Part shown: piece after piece, positions 61,001 through 64,000 of the stretch
Layout: every line of letters begins with the position of its first letter
Numbering within the stretch: the first letter of the stretch is position 1
From: Plasmodiophora brassicae
Lineage: Eukaryota
Assembly (NCBI GenBank): GCA_036867785.1
Contig: CP145422.1
Location: 806,001 to 870,000, forward strand
Length of the DNA stretch: 64,000 bases
Direction of reading: 5' to 3'
The notes under the pieces: model-generated
The model's database searches: none
Told to the model about the DNA's origin: nothing
The model's input: only the letters and a program-made list of their open reading frames with translations
Translations under genes and position numbers: made by a program

Positions 61001-62483
61001 GTACTGCATAAACGATTCTCTCAGTCCACGTAACCCTTTTACGTTCAGAGACAGGTCGTAGAAACTTTCGACCCGAGTCGACTTGTAATCGACGTTGATA
61101 CACTGAATATATGCCTCCGATTTTCCTTCGAGGAGTTTGGCGATAGCCCCTTCCACCGGAGTCTTCTTCATCTTGGTTTCCAAATTGTCACAAAGGACTC
61201 GGCTGAACTCTTGAACATCGTGTTGCATGAACGAATCAACCGACTGCCATCCGAAAGACGCAGTGAGATCCTGGCAACGACACCCGAAAATGTCAGCAAA
61301 GGCTGATGGCCAACTGGAACAACAGACACCTTCGTGCAAACGGATTCAGTTGAAGTCTGAAGGCTTGCGAAAACCTTTTGAAGAGCCAGCGGCACTGAAA
61401 CAGCAGCGTCGTCCAGCGGCATTTGGTAAACCGCTCGCCTGTGCGTTATGTCATTGCTTCATCGTTAGAAAATCGACCAATCGTCTAACCTAAACGCGCC
61501 CAAATGAAAGAGCGTTTGCAGAAGAGAATTCATGTAGCACGTAGCGCCTTGATTCTTCAGGCCAACGAAGCCACACGTTGCACGACAGTTGATGTTGCCA
61601 CCATGCAATTCAACACCACCCGGTCCAGCAGATTGCGTTCTCAGCAACTTGAGAACGGTCCGGATTTCAATCTGGTCATTAGCAATCCATTCGCGGTCCA
61701 ATGATCGAAGTTTCGACAGCGGAAAGAAGGCGTCAAACCCACGGTCCGCCCCTGGAGACGGTTAAAGAGAGCCAGGAATCCAAACGTCTACTACACACCT
61801 GGTTTGGTGAATACGAACGTCGACTCTTCGGATAAAAACGGCTGATCAGGATATTGCTGGTTGATCATCTGGAACTGGAACTGAACGTTCAACGTCCGCC
61901 ATGCGCGGTCTGGAGGCACATGATACAGTTCCACGTAAATGGACAAGTGCGTCCCGACTACCCATTCTGGTGTTAAAACAAGTCATATCTGTGTGGCATA
62001 GTTTCATACGCGAATTGTGGTTCCCTCGAGGAAAGAGAAGTGTACGCCACAGTACCTCGGGCGGACCACCTGTCAGCAGCGTTAAGCTCGCCAAACTGTA
62101 AACGACGATGGGAGCCGCTGACCTGCAAACGGCTTCGAGTAGATGCGATCGGTGCTGATGCGGGAGAACGCCGGTATTGCCCAGACGTTCTCAACGAGTT
62201 CGTCGTTCTCCGAAAGCGTTGAATCGGTTGGAGACGGAACAGGTCCGACGAGCTCGCCGTTCTCCAACCGTGGCCTCTTGTGAGGCCCCCCTGACGACCC
62301 ATCAGGCAATACTATACAGCGAACGAGGACCAGCAGACCTTGTAGACCATTATCACAAAACGGTCCATCGGTCATAACACCTTCGGATTCGTTGTCCATC
62401 CCGACGTCCAGATCGTCGGAATCGGCGTCATCGACAGGCACGGGCGGATACACCGACGCATCGTTCGGGTCGACAAGCCCCAT
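58050..62483 (-). CDS. USP7: Ubiquitin-specific protease 7-like (MATH + USP + UBL repeats), multi-exon
   Basis: MATH-like WRTLLFPRGN, Cys box GFVGLKNQGATCYMNSLLQ, QHDVQEF, LPPVLFIHLKRFEYD, His box HSGSVFGGHYYAY, LLFFKYFD and C-terminal DRPIKIYN*. Confidence 0.92.
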
Positions 62484-63167
62484 GCGCACCCCCTCTGCCC
62501 ATCGCATCGCAATCAGTGCCCGGCGTCGATAACCCGCCCGATGACCTAGGCCTGGTACCGGATGGCGTGCCGAGACGCCGACGACGACGCGTACGTAGCC
62601 CGACGAATACGATCCGCGAAAAATCGTGCACCTACGCACTTGTGCTGGCCGACCGGGATCGCAATCTCACGCAATCCGAACCCCCAAAGCAACAGCGTTG
62701 GCAACGAACAACATGAACGCCGATACCAGCACCGCCTCCGGGAGACGCTGGTTCCGTAGGCGGCGCAAGCGCGCGCGCTGGATGTAAGGATTGTACTATG
62801 GGCGAATTGCTGATGTGTCGGGTCCACTACCGCAGAATGGGGACGTGATCAGCGTCACACGGGGAGAACTGCAGCCGCGACCGCCCACGACACGCACGTT
62901 CCTTCGTGCTGCTGCACTGCAACCCGAGGCACGGGATTTGGCCTGTTTTGCCGGGCAGACCGAGGCCGCCGCGTCTTCGGCAGGACCACCACCAGGTCGG
63001 TTTACCGATACGTTTCGATATGGATTGGGCGGGGGCTCTGGTCAGACGGGATGCGAGGGGGTGGGGGTGCGCGCGTGTGCATGACGCTGCCACACGTTCA
63101 GGTTTGCTTGGTCGCAGGGGGCAAATCGCATGTGGGGCGCGCCATGCATCACGCCCGACGGGGCGGC

Positions 63168-64000
63168 TTACGCCACCGACTTGGCGAGGTTGTCCAGGAG
63201 CGGCTCGACGTCCTCGGCGTTGATGTAGTGTGTCGCGGCGCCGGATTTCGGGCCGACGTTGACAGTGTAGATCTTGCAATCGACGGCGGGCTGGAACGAC
63301 AGGGAGCGCGGGCGGCGACGCAACGATTGCTTCGCGTCGTTGTCGTCTGGAGGCGCCAACGTATCCGGGGCCTTGCTCGTTGACTAAACACACTCTTTTA
63401 AGGCTCGGCGTGTCGTCCATCTGCTCGCGACACGTGTACCTCGGCCTCCTTGGGCGTAGCGCATGCGTTTCGCACGCGAGCCTCAGCGAACCCGTGGAAG
63501 ACGTCGTTGTCCCGGGTGAGGAAATCGCCCATGCAGAAGATCATGCCAACGTCGTTGTGCTCGGCCTGGATCTTGGACAGGATCTTGAACGCCATTGACC
63601 CTTTCGTGACCAGCGACGACCGCACTTGGATGATGTTCTGCAAGTTGATGATCTCGGTGGTCGTGTTCACCAATGGCCCCGCCGCCAGGTAATTCAGGCA
63701 TTCGCGGGCCTGCTTCTTGGCGTGCCTGGCAGGGGGTTTCAGCGACTTCGACGACGACCGAAACGTGCCACATCGTCGTACGCGTGATCCGAGACCGTAA
63801 AGTTCCACGACAGGTACGTCTCGGCCTTGTCCACGAAAGACAGTGGCGTTCGCTCAGCGAAATAGTCAAAGATCCGCTCGACCTCAGGGAACCACGAGAA
63901 ATCCGGCGTGTCCTAGGCAAGCGTTAGCCGTCGACAAGATCACGGCTGTCGTTGTCGACGCCTGTTACCTCAAGGGTCGACTCCCATTTGGCATCAGCGC
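63168..64000 (-). CDS. C-terminal trehalose-6-phosphate phosphatase (HAD) domain of a TPS/TPP protein (5' truncated)
   Basis: FTISLSE/ERTPLSFVDKAETYLSWNF region, QARECLNYL, IIQVRSSLVTKG, IFCMGDFLTRDNDVF and IYTVNVGPKSGAATHYI. Confidence 0.75.

Overview
Gene-dense, GC-rich eukaryotic DNA with short GT-AG introns (about 50-70 nt, CTAAC/CTGAC-like branch points). The gene mix (secreted ankyrin proteins, 7TM-RGS, trehalose-phosphatase domain, protist lamin) suggests a plasmodiophorid-like protist such as Plasmodiophora; this is an inference. The first ~19 kb is an accessory zone. It holds the kanadaptin 3' end, a copia RT relic, a metallophosphoesterase, an unannotated spliced 73-aa Tyr/Ser/Asn/Gly microprotein, a Crypton-like tyrosine-recombinase relic folded into a ~560-bp palindrome, and a three-copy tandem array of secreted F-box-like proteins. 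One copy has a nonsense codon, and one has a 1.46-kb TIR element with an 8-bp TSD inserted upstream. The rest is core genes: midasin (~16 kb), 7TM-RGS, a full lamin with CaaX, SIRT6-like sirtuin, an EF-hand protein, GID4, ADA3, an intronless PPR-DYW RNA-editing-type protein, a secreted ankyrin+CCCH+SR-repeat protein, tRNA-Glu(CTC), a MYST acetyltransferase, an ankyrin-MYND protein, USP7 and a partial trehalose-phosphate synthase/phosphatase. All family calls are by-eye motif recognition; no searches were run. Most internal exon boundaries are approximate.
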